Source: Escherichia phage 590B
DNA: 44,390 nt
Direction: 5' to 3' (one strand)
Sequence record: MW722821.1
In this document: one piece after another, positions 35,879-42,670 of the stretch
How the letters are laid out: each line of letters begins with the position of its first letter
Numbering within the stretch: the first letter of the stretch is position 1
Program-made: the position numbers and the translations under genes
Notes under the pieces: model-generated
The model's database searches: none
What the model was told of the DNA's origin: nothing
Seen by the model: the letters and a program-made list of their open reading frames with translations, nothing else

Positions 35879-35907
35879 TTGCACACCCCAACATAATAGG
35901 ATACTAT
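35879..35907 (+). promoter_or_regulatory. sigma70-type promoter (TTGCAC-N17-TACTAT), family A
   Basis: -35 35879-35884, 17-bp spacer, -10 35902-35907; 30/32 identical to the 3921 element; about 30 nt upstream of first early gene. Confidence 0.6.
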
Positions 35908-35935
35908 TCACTTATCGAAACGAGACGGAGGAGTG

Positions 35936-36133
35936 ATGGTTATGTTTAAGAAGGGTCAGTTAGTAAAAACTATATACGGTAGCTTAGGTATTATTGAAAA
36001 GAAATCGACAGTGTATCGAAGTTCTTATGTCGTTAGCTTACTAAGGGAGCACGGGTTAAGTTCCGCGGCGTATTACCAAGAGTATGAAATGAAGCTCATC
36101 GGCAACAATTTTAAATTCAAAGGGGCGAAGTGA
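35936..36133 (+). CDS. hypothetical early protein
   Basis: First ORF after promoter 35879-35907; GGAGGA SD at 35927-35932; start could be 35933 (GTG), 35936 or 35942 (ATG). Confidence 0.45.
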   Translation: MVMFKKGQLVKTIYGSLGIIEKKSTVYRSSYVVSLLREHGLSSAAYYQEYEMKLIGNNFKFKGAK

Positions 36134-36426
36134 TGGAAGAATTACCTCAATGCGAACGCCAGTTCATTAGCGGGTTTATTCCCGTAAATAATTTCAACAT
36201 TTCTGAATTGCTGGAACTAAGAGAAAATGGCGCTTTGTGGGTGTGTAACGCCAGAGACGTAACAAAGGCCAGGGTATGGAACTTTAGCATACTGCGTCGC
36301 CCTAATAAGTCAGGTGCAGGTGTGGTAACGATGGACTTGCTACAGCGTAAGGGCAAATTGTTTATGAGAACGGCATCGAATCATGATGCTCGTGCCGACG
36401 ACTCTGAGGGAGGTTGCCGTCAATGA
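36133..36426 (+). CDS. hypothetical early protein
   Basis: 97-aa ORF, start overlapping upstream stop. Confidence 0.45.
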   Translation: MEELPQCERQFISGFIPVNNFNISELLELRENGALWVCNARDVTKARVWNFSILRRPNKSGAGVVTMDLLQRKGKLFMRTASNHDARADDSEGGCRQ

Positions 36427-36620
36427 GAATTCGAATAACTGATGTCGATTATGTGCTGCCGCCAGGGTATGGCGACCATTCTTTGCGCCACTTTGGAGTT
36501 TCGGTAGGCGATGAGTTTGAGGTTACGTCCAGTAATGATTACGGATGTACAGTCGAACATTGCGGAGAGGAACTGTACGTGCGTAGACGTGAATGTGAGG
36601 TTCTGGGGGCTAAGTTATGA
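36423..36620 (+). CDS. hypothetical early protein
   Basis: 65-aa ORF; ATGA overlap; GAGGGAGG upstream. Confidence 0.45.
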   Translation: MRIRITDVDYVLPPGYGDHSLRHFGVSVGDEFEVTSSNDYGCTVEHCGEELYVRRRECEVLGAKL

Positions 36621-36772
36621 GAGAAGCATTCGAACGGTGGGCCGTCGTCGAGGGTCTGCCGGTTAACAAGGGTTCGAAGAAAGAGTACCTGAACGTTAAG
36701 ACGCGTCTCGCATGGCGGGCGTGGAAAGCTGGTGTGCAATCCTTGATTGAAAGAGGTGTGAGGTATGGGTGA
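36617..36772 (+). CDS. hypothetical small protein
   Basis: 51-aa unlisted ORF; ATGA overlap upstream and 8-nt overlap downstream. Confidence 0.4.
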   Translation: MREAFERWAVVEGLPVNKGSKKEYLNVKTRLAWRAWKAGVQSLIERGVRYG

Positions 36773-36965
36773 GTGGATTAAGTGTAGTGAGATGCTGCCG
36801 GGTAATGGGTGTACGGATAAAGAGTTCCTGGTGTATGAAACGTTAAATAACGCAGTTCAACACGATTATTACATCGTTCCTGATGACGGGAGAAAGCCTT
36901 TCTGGAATCACTACGATAAGTACGTGACGCACTGGATGCCGTTACCCGAGCCGCCAGAAGTGTGA
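36765..36965 (+). CDS. DUF551-like protein
   Basis: C-terminal HWMPLPEPP resembles the W-x-P-x-P-x-PP signature of DUF551; AAGAGGTG SD; followed by terminator 36997-37035. Confidence 0.5.
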   Translation: MGEWIKCSEMLPGNGCTDKEFLVYETLNNAVQHDYYIVPDDGRKPFWNHYDKYVTHWMPLPEPPEV

Positions 36966-36996
36966 TGTTCAATAGTTTGGGATTTTACTGAGTGAC

Positions 36997-37035
36997 TTAC
37001 GCTGCTACACAGCAGCGTATCATTTTTCTCATTTT
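36997..37035 (+). terminator. rho-independent terminator after first early operon
   Basis: TACGCTGCT-ACACA-GCAGCGTA followed by TCATTTTTCTCATTTTT. Confidence 0.6.
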
Positions 37036-37112
37036 TGTTCTATTTCACCAAACGCAACAATCGAAGCGACTATTGCAGGAGATGCAACAATACAAACACC
37101 AATAAAATTTAC

Positions 37113-37141
37113 TTGCACACTAAGATAGAATAGGCTACTAT
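37113..37141 (+). promoter_or_regulatory. sigma70-type promoter (TTGCAC-N17-TACTAT), family A
   Basis: -35 37113-37118, -10 37136-37141; 32 nt upstream of ORF 37173. Confidence 0.55.
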
Positions 37142-37172
37142 TCATTTACACAAACTAGAGGAGAGACAGAGG

Positions 37173-37301
37173 ATGAAAGATTATAGCGAAGTGACTTTAG
37201 GCGAGTTGCAGGACGAGTATGAAGATATGCTCTACCCGTTCATCTGCGACGGAGATTACAACGGCGTCTATAACGGAGTGGGTGAAGAATATGAATACTA
37301 A
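37173..37301 (+). CDS. hypothetical 42-aa acidic protein
   Basis: Unlisted ORF 32 nt downstream of promoter 37113-37141 with GAGGAGAGA SD. Confidence 0.4.
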   Translation: MKDYSEVTLGELQDEYEDMLYPFICDGDYNGVYNGVGEEYEY

Positions 37302-37479
37302 AAACGAGCATTTGATTAAAGTTACCCCGGTATGGTCGGCGTGGGTTATCACCCCCGACGGAAAGCACGTACCGAAATTTGTGTTCACTGATGAGAAAGT
37401 TGCGCGTGAGTGGCTTCGTGCAGGCAAGAAAGGTGAACGCGGCGTCATGAAGGTTGGGTTAGTAGGAGACGTAGTATGA
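37291..37479 (+). CDS. hypothetical protein
   Basis: 62-aa ORF from ATG 37291 overlapping upstream ORF end. Confidence 0.45.
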   Translation: MNTKNEHLIKVTPVWSAWVITPDGKHVPKFVFTDEKVAREWLRAGKKGERGVMKVGLVGDVV

Positions 37480-37853
37480 GTAACAAAAACGAAGTATTCG
37501 AGTACCTGATTGACCAACTACGGCAGCAGGTAAATAAGAAAGATGTCACATCTTTCAATGTGTCTGTGCGGATATCCGACCTTGATGAGGTCAAGCAGGT
37601 AATTCACAACCTACAGCAGCATATCGCCGGTAAGGATGACGAAATACGGGCGCTGAAAGACAGTTTACGGCAGCAGGTAAATAACAGCCAGATGCACCTG
37701 GCGGCATCAGAAACGTTTTACTCGATGGAGGCGTGCCCGTCAGCGGCACGCGCCGCTGAGAACGCGCACTTTCTGTTTCAGGGTGACAAGCCCAACGATT
37801 CAGAGGTACGCGCTATCTGCTCACCTAAGCGACTTGGAAAACAGGAGAAATAA
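37476..37853 (+). CDS. hypothetical coiled-coil protein with internal repeat
   Basis: 125 aa; in-frame 18-bp exact direct repeat (37520-37537 and 37667-37684) encoding LRQQVN. Confidence 0.5.
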   Translation: MSNKNEVFEYLIDQLRQQVNKKDVTSFNVSVRISDLDEVKQVIHNLQQHIAGKDDEIRALKDSLRQQVNNSQMHLAASETFYSMEACPSAARAAENAHFLFQGDKPNDSEVRAICSPKRLGKQEK

Positions 37854-37854
37854 C

Positions 37855-38058
37855 ATGGTACAGAGATATTCTAAGTATGGGTCCGACAACCATTTCATTG
37901 ACCGCCACGGGAAGTGGGTTAAGTTTGAGGACTACCAGAATCTTGACCTAAAGCTGTTGGAAGTTGAAGCCGAGTTACAGAAATACAAGGACCAGTTCCT
38001 GGATTACGTCGAGTGCGCGAACTGTGGGTCAGTTACACATGTGGGAGGGGTGGAGTAA
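37855..38058 (+). CDS. hypothetical protein, MVQRY paralog 1
   Basis: 67 aa; N-terminus MVQRY and C-terminus ELQKYKDQ...YVECANCGSVTHVGGVE shared with next gene. Confidence 0.5.
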   Translation: MVQRYSKYGSDNHFIDRHGKWVKFEDYQNLDLKLLEVEAELQKYKDQFLDYVECANCGSVTHVGGVE

Positions 38059-38062
38059 TGGT
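37969..38062 (+). repeat. 94-bp direct repeat, copy 1 (3' end of MVQRY paralog 1)
   Basis: About 88% identical to 38238-38331, including the overlapping stop/start GGAGTAATGG vs GGAGTGATGG. Confidence 0.7.
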
Positions 38063-38327
38063 ACAGAGATATGAGGTAAAAGCGTGGGGCCTGCCAGAGC
38101 CTGAGATGGCTGAGTACGCATACGGCGATTATGTAGAGTACGACAGCTATAAGGAACTGGACGACTATTACCAGGAACGTCTAGCCGACGCCGACAAGGA
38201 AATAGAAGGGCTTGTGTCGAGACTGGCAGAAGTAAACGCCGAGCTACAGAAATACAAAGACCAGTACCCTGATTACGTCGAGTGCGCGAACTGCAGGTCA
38301 GTTACACATGTGGAGGGGGTGGAGTGA
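38058..38327 (+). CDS. hypothetical protein, MVQRY paralog 2
   Basis: 89 aa; same N- and C-terminal blocks as paralog 1; TAATG overlap. Confidence 0.5.
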   Translation: MVQRYEVKAWGLPEPEMAEYAYGDYVEYDSYKELDDYYQERLADADKEIEGLVSRLAEVNAELQKYKDQYPDYVECANCRSVTHVEGVE

Positions 38328-38331
38328 TGGT
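38238..38331 (+). repeat. 94-bp direct repeat, copy 2 (3' end of MVQRY paralog 2)
   Basis: See copy 1. Confidence 0.7.
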
Positions 38332-38578
38332 TATACGCTACGATTTAACAGAAGACTGCGCGAGTGGCGTGGTAGATATAACGCCTGTTCCGGACTCTCA
38401 TGAAGGGCGTTATGTAAGTTACGAAGACTACGCGAAACTCGAAGCCGAACTCAACGATATACTCGATATGTTAGTTAAGCTGGACAACGACCTGGGTTAC
38501 GGCGTAATACCGGACGAATATGCATACGATAGAGTAGGTGAGATTCTGGAGAAGTATCGCAATGAGCCTTGCAACTGA
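38327..38578 (+). CDS. hypothetical protein, MVIRY paralog 3 (diverged)
   Basis: 83 aa; starts MVIRY and shares Y-x-x-YEDY...AEL core with paralogs 1-2 but has a different C-terminus. Confidence 0.45.
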   Translation: MVIRYDLTEDCASGVVDITPVPDSHEGRYVSYEDYAKLEAELNDILDMLVKLDNDLGYGVIPDEYAYDRVGEILEKYRNEPCN

Positions 38579-38855
38579 CATCCTGAAACGAAGCGGCCTT
38601 GCGCCGCTGTCACCGAGAGCGAAGACACGTATACACAAGCGTCGCCGTAACGTGCTGTACCCAGAGATACAAGAACGGCGTAAAGCTATCCGCGCCTGTG
38701 GATTCCAGAACGGAAAGGCCGTGAATCTCGGTGAGTTTAAAACAAAGGAACGCGCAGCTATCGCGAACCGGCTATTTAATTACTGGAAATCGCTGGGGTA
38801 CGATGATATTCCGACGAAACCACAGAGACGACAATACATCTGGAGACATAAATGA
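38562..38855 (+). CDS. hypothetical basic protein
   Basis: 97-aa ORF from ATG 38562 overlapping the end of paralog 3. Confidence 0.45.
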   Translation: MSLATDILKRSGLAPLSPRAKTRIHKRRRNVLYPEIQERRKAIRACGFQNGKAVNLGEFKTKERAAIANRLFNYWKSLGYDDIPTKPQRRQYIWRHK

Positions 38856-39292
38856 CTACTATCGCGTTTGACGGAAAGACAATGGCCTGTGATACCCGTG
38901 TTGTGTGCGGGAGTAACTGTTACAACACAGACACAAAGATATACGAGAACGAATTTGTTGTTATTGGGGCGGCTGGCGATGCAGGGGTTGGTATCCTTTT
39001 AGTGGAGGACGATAGTATTTTAGTGCCTAAGCACTACGATTTTGATTTCTCTGCCTTGGTGTGGGTTAAAGACATCGAAACGTTGTGTAGGGTGGAGTTC
39101 TATAAATCTTGGGATTGTGCTCTTAGTTTGGTTATTCAGATTGCGGACAGCTTTTCCGCCGTTGGTTCAGGCGCCCCTTATGCCCTAGCGGCTATGGAAT
39201 GTGGGTATTCGGCGCAAGGTGGTGTAGCAGTTGCATCGAAGTTCGACCCTGACACCGGCGGCAAGATTATTACCAAACAACTATTAGGATAA
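38852..39292 (+). CDS. HslV-like N-terminal nucleophile (proteasome beta-type) peptidase homolog
   Basis: N-terminus MTTIAFDG matches HslV MTTIVSV (Thr nucleophile after Met removal); VIGAAGDAG and AVGSGAPYALAAM parallel HslV AGFAGGTADAF and AIGSGGPYAQAAA; 146 aa; comparison from memory of E. coli HslV. Confidence 0.55.
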   Translation: MTTIAFDGKTMACDTRVVCGSNCYNTDTKIYENEFVVIGAAGDAGVGILLVEDDSILVPKHYDFDFSALVWVKDIETLCRVEFYKSWDCALSLVIQIADSFSAVGSGAPYALAAMECGYSAQGGVAVASKFDPDTGGKIITKQLLG

Positions 39293-39351
39293 TTCCTAAC
39301 CGTGCTATCCTCCAGTTACTGCATACTTAATACGCACCTGGAGGATTCATC

Positions 39352-39660
39352 TTGGATAAATTTACTGAAACAGTGACTGGGTGGCTTCTGGCAGCCGCAC
39401 TAGCTGGTGGGGTAATCGGACTACGACAACATAAGTCCGCTATTTCCGGCCCTATCGACGGATTCTGCTTTATTGCAACTGGCTTCACTTGCGCCGTATT
39501 TGGCGCGCCTCTCGCCGCTCAATGGTTCGGTATTACCGGAGAGCGCGAGATAGCTGGCCTCGGATTCATCATCGCAATTCTCTGGATGCCCATCTATTCC
39601 CGTCTCTCCGGTATCGTCGCCGGAGAATACATCGCACGTCGAGGAGGCACAGATGAATGA
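39352..39660 (+). CDS. holin (putative)
   Basis: 102-aa protein with about three hydrophobic helices directly upstream of the endolysin; TTG start 6 nt after GGAGGA. Confidence 0.5.
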   Translation: MDKFTETVTGWLLAAALAGGVIGLRQHKSAISGPIDGFCFIATGFTCAVFGAPLAAQWFGITGEREIAGLGFIIAILWMPIYSRLSGIVAGEYIARRGGTDE

Positions 39661-39925
39661 ATTATTCTGGTTCGGCGGTATGCTGGCAATCGGAGGCACA
39701 TCGCTGTTTAATGTATATCACCCCAGCGTGGATGACGGGCTATTCGGGCGTGTGCTCTATATCCTGACTGCTATTGTCTGCGCCGCCGGATGTATTCACC
39801 TGTTGCAGGGCAGCATGTCACCAACGCTGCCTGAGACGTTAATTACATTAGTTGCGCTGCGTCAGATTCGCCAGGCGTGGCTGTCGTACGGAGGACATAA
39901 GCGTGTCTCGAAACATTTCAGATAA
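39653..39925 (+). CDS. second membrane protein of lysis cassette (holin/antiholin-like)
   Basis: 90 aa with two hydrophobic helices; GAGGAGG SD; overlaps holin stop and endolysin start. Confidence 0.45.
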   Translation: MNELFWFGGMLAIGGTSLFNVYHPSVDDGLFGRVLYILTAIVCAAGCIHLLQGSMSPTLPETLITLVALRQIRQAWLSYGGHKRVSKHFR

Positions 39926-40391
39926 TGGGTTGCATTTCACTGCCGCGTTCGAGGGGTTCCGCGGAACTGCGTATCGCGCTACGCCAAATGAGAAGTACCT
40001 GACTATTGGGTACGGTCATTATGGGCCAGACGTAACGCCAGGCAAGACCATCACCCCGGGACAAGGCCTCCTGTTACTGAATCGTGATATGGCTAAGGCC
40101 GTAGCTGCGGTTGACGCAGCGGCACACCATTCATTGACACAGGCACAGTTCGATGCAGTGTGCGACCTGGTATACAACGCAGGTGCTGGTGTGATTGCTG
40201 CTACTACCGGCACGGGTAAGGCACTGCGTTCTGGTGATATTGCAACGCTGCGGGCTAAGCTGACACTGTTCATCAACCAGAACGGCAGACCGTTACTTGG
40301 TCTGCGCCGCCGTACTGCCGGTCGTCTGGCGCTGTTCGACGGTAAACCGTGGCAAGAGGCAGAGGCTATCGGGCGCGCGGTGAAAGGTTGA
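39903..40391 (+). CDS. endolysin, lysozyme-like (GH24-type)
   Basis: FEGFRGTAYR...LTIGYGH matches the lysozyme/lambda R-type N-terminal signature; GTG start at 39903 with GGAGGA 7 nt upstream (no in-frame ATG near N-terminus). Confidence 0.65.
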   Translation: MSRNISDNGLHFTAAFEGFRGTAYRATPNEKYLTIGYGHYGPDVTPGKTITPGQGLLLLNRDMAKAVAAVDAAAHHSLTQAQFDAVCDLVYNAGAGVIAATTGTGKALRSGDIATLRAKLTLFINQNGRPLLGLRRRTAGRLALFDGKPWQEAEAIGRAVKG

Positions 40392-40456
40392 CACCTGAGA
40401 CTAATCCGACGATACTTAAATCACCTCCTGTTCCATACCTCTGCTCTCCAGTTTTA

Positions 40457-40488
40457 TCCCGGCCCTGACCCAGCCGGGATTTTTTTTA
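40457..40488 (+). terminator. rho-independent terminator after endolysin
   Basis: TCCCGGC-loop-GCCGGGA followed by a 9-T run. Confidence 0.7.
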
Positions 40489-40509
40489 TCTATTTTCTAC
40501 GATGACTAG

Positions 40510-40538
40510 TTGACTATTACCGTAGACCCTATTATATT
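40510..40538 (+). promoter_or_regulatory. sigma70-type promoter (TTGACT-N17-TATATT)
   Basis: Immediately after terminator 40457-40488 and 37 nt upstream of ORF 40575. Confidence 0.5.
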
Positions 40539-40574
40539 TACTCCATCGACAACGAGAACGGGGTAGAGAGAGAA

Positions 40575-40763
40575 ATGATGACTAAGATTAAGCATACCGA
40601 TAACTGGGGCGATTTCATGGAGATAGAGAAGTGCCGGGACGGGACATTACTTATAACTTGTACAGACGGAGATAGCGACGAATCGGTTAGTGTTAACGTG
40701 AGTATGGATGATTTTATGATTATTGTTGGGCAAGTGGCGTCTTTTTACGGAGATGATAAATGA
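40575..40763 (+). CDS. hypothetical protein
   Basis: 62-aa ORF, first gene after promoter 40510-40538. Confidence 0.45.
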   Translation: MMTKIKHTDNWGDFMEIEKCRDGTLLITCTDGDSDESVSVNVSMDDFMIIVGQVASFYGDDK

Positions 40764-40909
40764 AAATCACAGATACCGAAGCATTCAAAGACGCACAACT
40801 GATGGCGCGTATCGCCGTTAGTAACCTGAGCCGCAATATCCCTGCGGATGCGTTCTGGTTCGCTGCTATGCAGACACTGAAAGCAGCTTATGCAGGAGAG
40901 AAGAAATGA
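40760..40909 (+). CDS. hypothetical small protein
   Basis: 49-aa unlisted ORF with ATGA overlaps at both ends. Confidence 0.4.
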   Translation: MKITDTEAFKDAQLMARIAVSNLSRNIPADAFWFAAMQTLKAAYAGEKK

Positions 40910-41103
40910 AAGTTAAAGCCGCTAAAATTCTCTGGTTAGCCGCCCTTGACTATGTCACAGAGGGTAAAGTGTATGATGTATACAACCAGACAGCTACTGG
41001 TTTCGGTTATATAGACTCCGACGACGACTGCCATATTTTCATAGACTTTGGTAACGATGACGGTGATGGTTTCCACGGCGTTAAATGGGAGGTTGTAGAA
41101 TGA
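40906..41103 (+). CDS. hypothetical protein
   Basis: 65-aa ORF; ATGA-coupled. Confidence 0.45.
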   Translation: MKVKAAKILWLAALDYVTEGKVYDVYNQTATGFGYIDSDDDCHIFIDFGNDDGDGFHGVKWEVVE

Positions 41104-41261
41104 GCGAACAAGGTCAAGTAAGCCAACCATTACGAGTAGGCCGTAAGGTGAGTCACACCCCGTTCCCGACACGCGAGGAACTGATGAAACGTAACAGTTT
41201 CCCTGGGCCGGACAAGAACAAGTATCTCAACCGCATGTGGGGAGAGCGTAAAAATGACTGA
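41100..41261 (+). CDS. hypothetical small protein
   Basis: 53-aa unlisted ORF; ATGA overlap upstream. Confidence 0.4.
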   Translation: MSEQGQVSQPLRVGRKVSHTPFPTREELMKRNSFPGPDKNKYLNRMWGERKND

Positions 41262-41439
41262 CCGTGAATATGAAAAGATGATGGTAGAGGCCGTTAACGG
41301 CGGCGTAGACATTAGCCACGTGATGTGCGTCCTGAATAATAAAATCGCGGTAGCCGAGCAAATGGTGGAGTCGCTTTATGAGACGCGCCGCGAACTGATT
41401 AACCGCTTCAACCTGAACAAAGGTGACACCAATGCCTAA
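41254..41439 (+). CDS. hypothetical protein
   Basis: 61-aa ORF overlapping neighbours. Confidence 0.45.
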   Translation: MTDREYEKMMVEAVNGGVDISHVMCVLNNKIAVAEQMVESLYETRRELINRFNLNKGDTNA

Positions 41440-41731
41440 AATCACAATTGCATCGCTCGAGCGCCGTATTATGGTGCTTGAGTCGGAGAAACAGACGTTA
41501 GGCGGGCAACTGTCAATTAACGGTGAGTTTCAACTGGAGGCGTATAAAGAACTTCTAGAGGCGTTTAAAGAGCTACAAGCCATCGCGTCTGACATAGAAA
41601 ATATGATTGGATTGTTGCAATCCGGGGAGTGGGCCGAACACTGCACTAAATCGGCGTTAGGAAAACGGCTTGAGACGGAGATTACTGACATGCTGAGTTG
41701 TCTTGTTGAGGCGCCAGATGAGCGCGCCTGA
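41432..41731 (+). CDS. hypothetical coiled-coil protein
   Basis: 99 aa from ATG 41432. Confidence 0.45.
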   Translation: MPKITIASLERRIMVLESEKQTLGGQLSINGEFQLEAYKELLEAFKELQAIASDIENMIGLLQSGEWAEHCTKSALGKRLETEITDMLSCLVEAPDERA

Positions 41732-41987
41732 GCCGGTAGTTATCGATGGCGTCCTGTGGAAACCTTACTCGGTTAACCACGTCGACGCCGATGGGAAGAA
41801 GTTCAGTTTCTAAATTTTTGCGATTAGCCGCGAGCACGCTGCGTGTGTAGTAGACGATATACGAGAAACGGCGTGGCTTGGCGATGAGATAGTGGGGTGA
41901 GAGCATGAGTCTTGAGGTTGTTATAAGTCTGGTTGGTCTTAGTTACTTCATTGGGCTATTGGTCGGTTTTCTGTGGGGTAGATACTA

Positions 41988-42158
41988 ATGTTCAGCGACA
42001 TCAACGCAGCAATCGAAGAAGCAATCTGGCGCCGTTACAACGGCGAGCAACAGCGTCACTTCTGCCTGGTGCAACGTGGTAACATGGTCGCCGTGGTGCA
42101 GGACCGCGATAACAAATATCCGAATGCGATGTGGACAACGAGGAATTTCTTAGGATGA
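41988..42158 (+). CDS. possible 56-aa protein
   Basis: Unlisted ORF filling the gap before the next gene; weak SD. Confidence 0.3.
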   Translation: MFSDINAAIEEAIWRRYNGEQQRHFCLVQRGNMVAVVQDRDNKYPNAMWTTRNFLG

Positions 42159-42391
42159 TTACCAGCATTCCTAACCTGATTAAAGAATTTGGTACGATGG
42201 CGGAGACATGCCGACAAACCGGTATCAACGAAATGACGATTGCTAAGTACAGTAAAGACGTTGATTGTGAGCGCCACGTAATTTATAACAATCGTCTGAT
42301 GACGCACGTTAAGACTAGCCCGGTGTTATTCACGCGCCGTGGTATCACTAAAACTGAGCAACGTATTGCTAAAGAGGAGAGTGGAGAATGA
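42155..42391 (+). CDS. hypothetical small protein with HTH-like segment
   Basis: 78 aa; AETCRQTGINEMTIAKYSK resembles a helix-turn-helix; ATG overlaps upstream stop. Confidence 0.4.
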   Translation: MITSIPNLIKEFGTMAETCRQTGINEMTIAKYSKDVDCERHVIYNNRLMTHVKTSPVLFTRRGITKTEQRIAKEESGE

Positions 42392-42543
42392 AAAAGTTAA
42401 CTATCTACTGGAAAACAGGGGCTACGTCAGAACTCGATGTTTTCAGCGTAACGCAGTGTGAAAAGTTCTGGTATGCCGAAACATTCAACGGTGAAGTGAG
42501 AATACCAATCGCACTGGTAGACGGCGGCGATATAACAGAATAA
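42388..42543 (+). CDS. hypothetical small protein
   Basis: 51-aa unlisted ORF with AGAGGAGAG SD; followed by terminator 42553-42577. Confidence 0.4.
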   Translation: MKKLTIYWKTGATSELDVFSVTQCEKFWYAETFNGEVRIPIALVDGGDITE

Positions 42544-42552
42544 CCAACCCAC

Positions 42553-42577
42553 AAGCCCTCTACGGAGGGCTTTTCTG
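42553..42577 (+). terminator. rho-independent terminator upstream of terminase genes
   Basis: AGCCCTC-TACG-GAGGGC followed by TTTTCT. Confidence 0.6.
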
Positions 42578-42670
42578 TACATCCCGCCCAATCCCCTTAT
42601 ATAATCCATTTAGACGCGTAGGGCGCGTCTGGTGCGCTCTGATGGTCAGACGCATATGCAAGGGGATTCT

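Noticed and set aside
14298-37479. Long N-terminal extensions given by the ORF track (e.g. 14298, 4796, 26574, 30194, 37219, 39852)
   Set aside because: These begin at non-ATG codons far upstream of an internal ATG or GTG that has a proper SD and often an ATGA overlap with the preceding gene; the internal starts were preferred.
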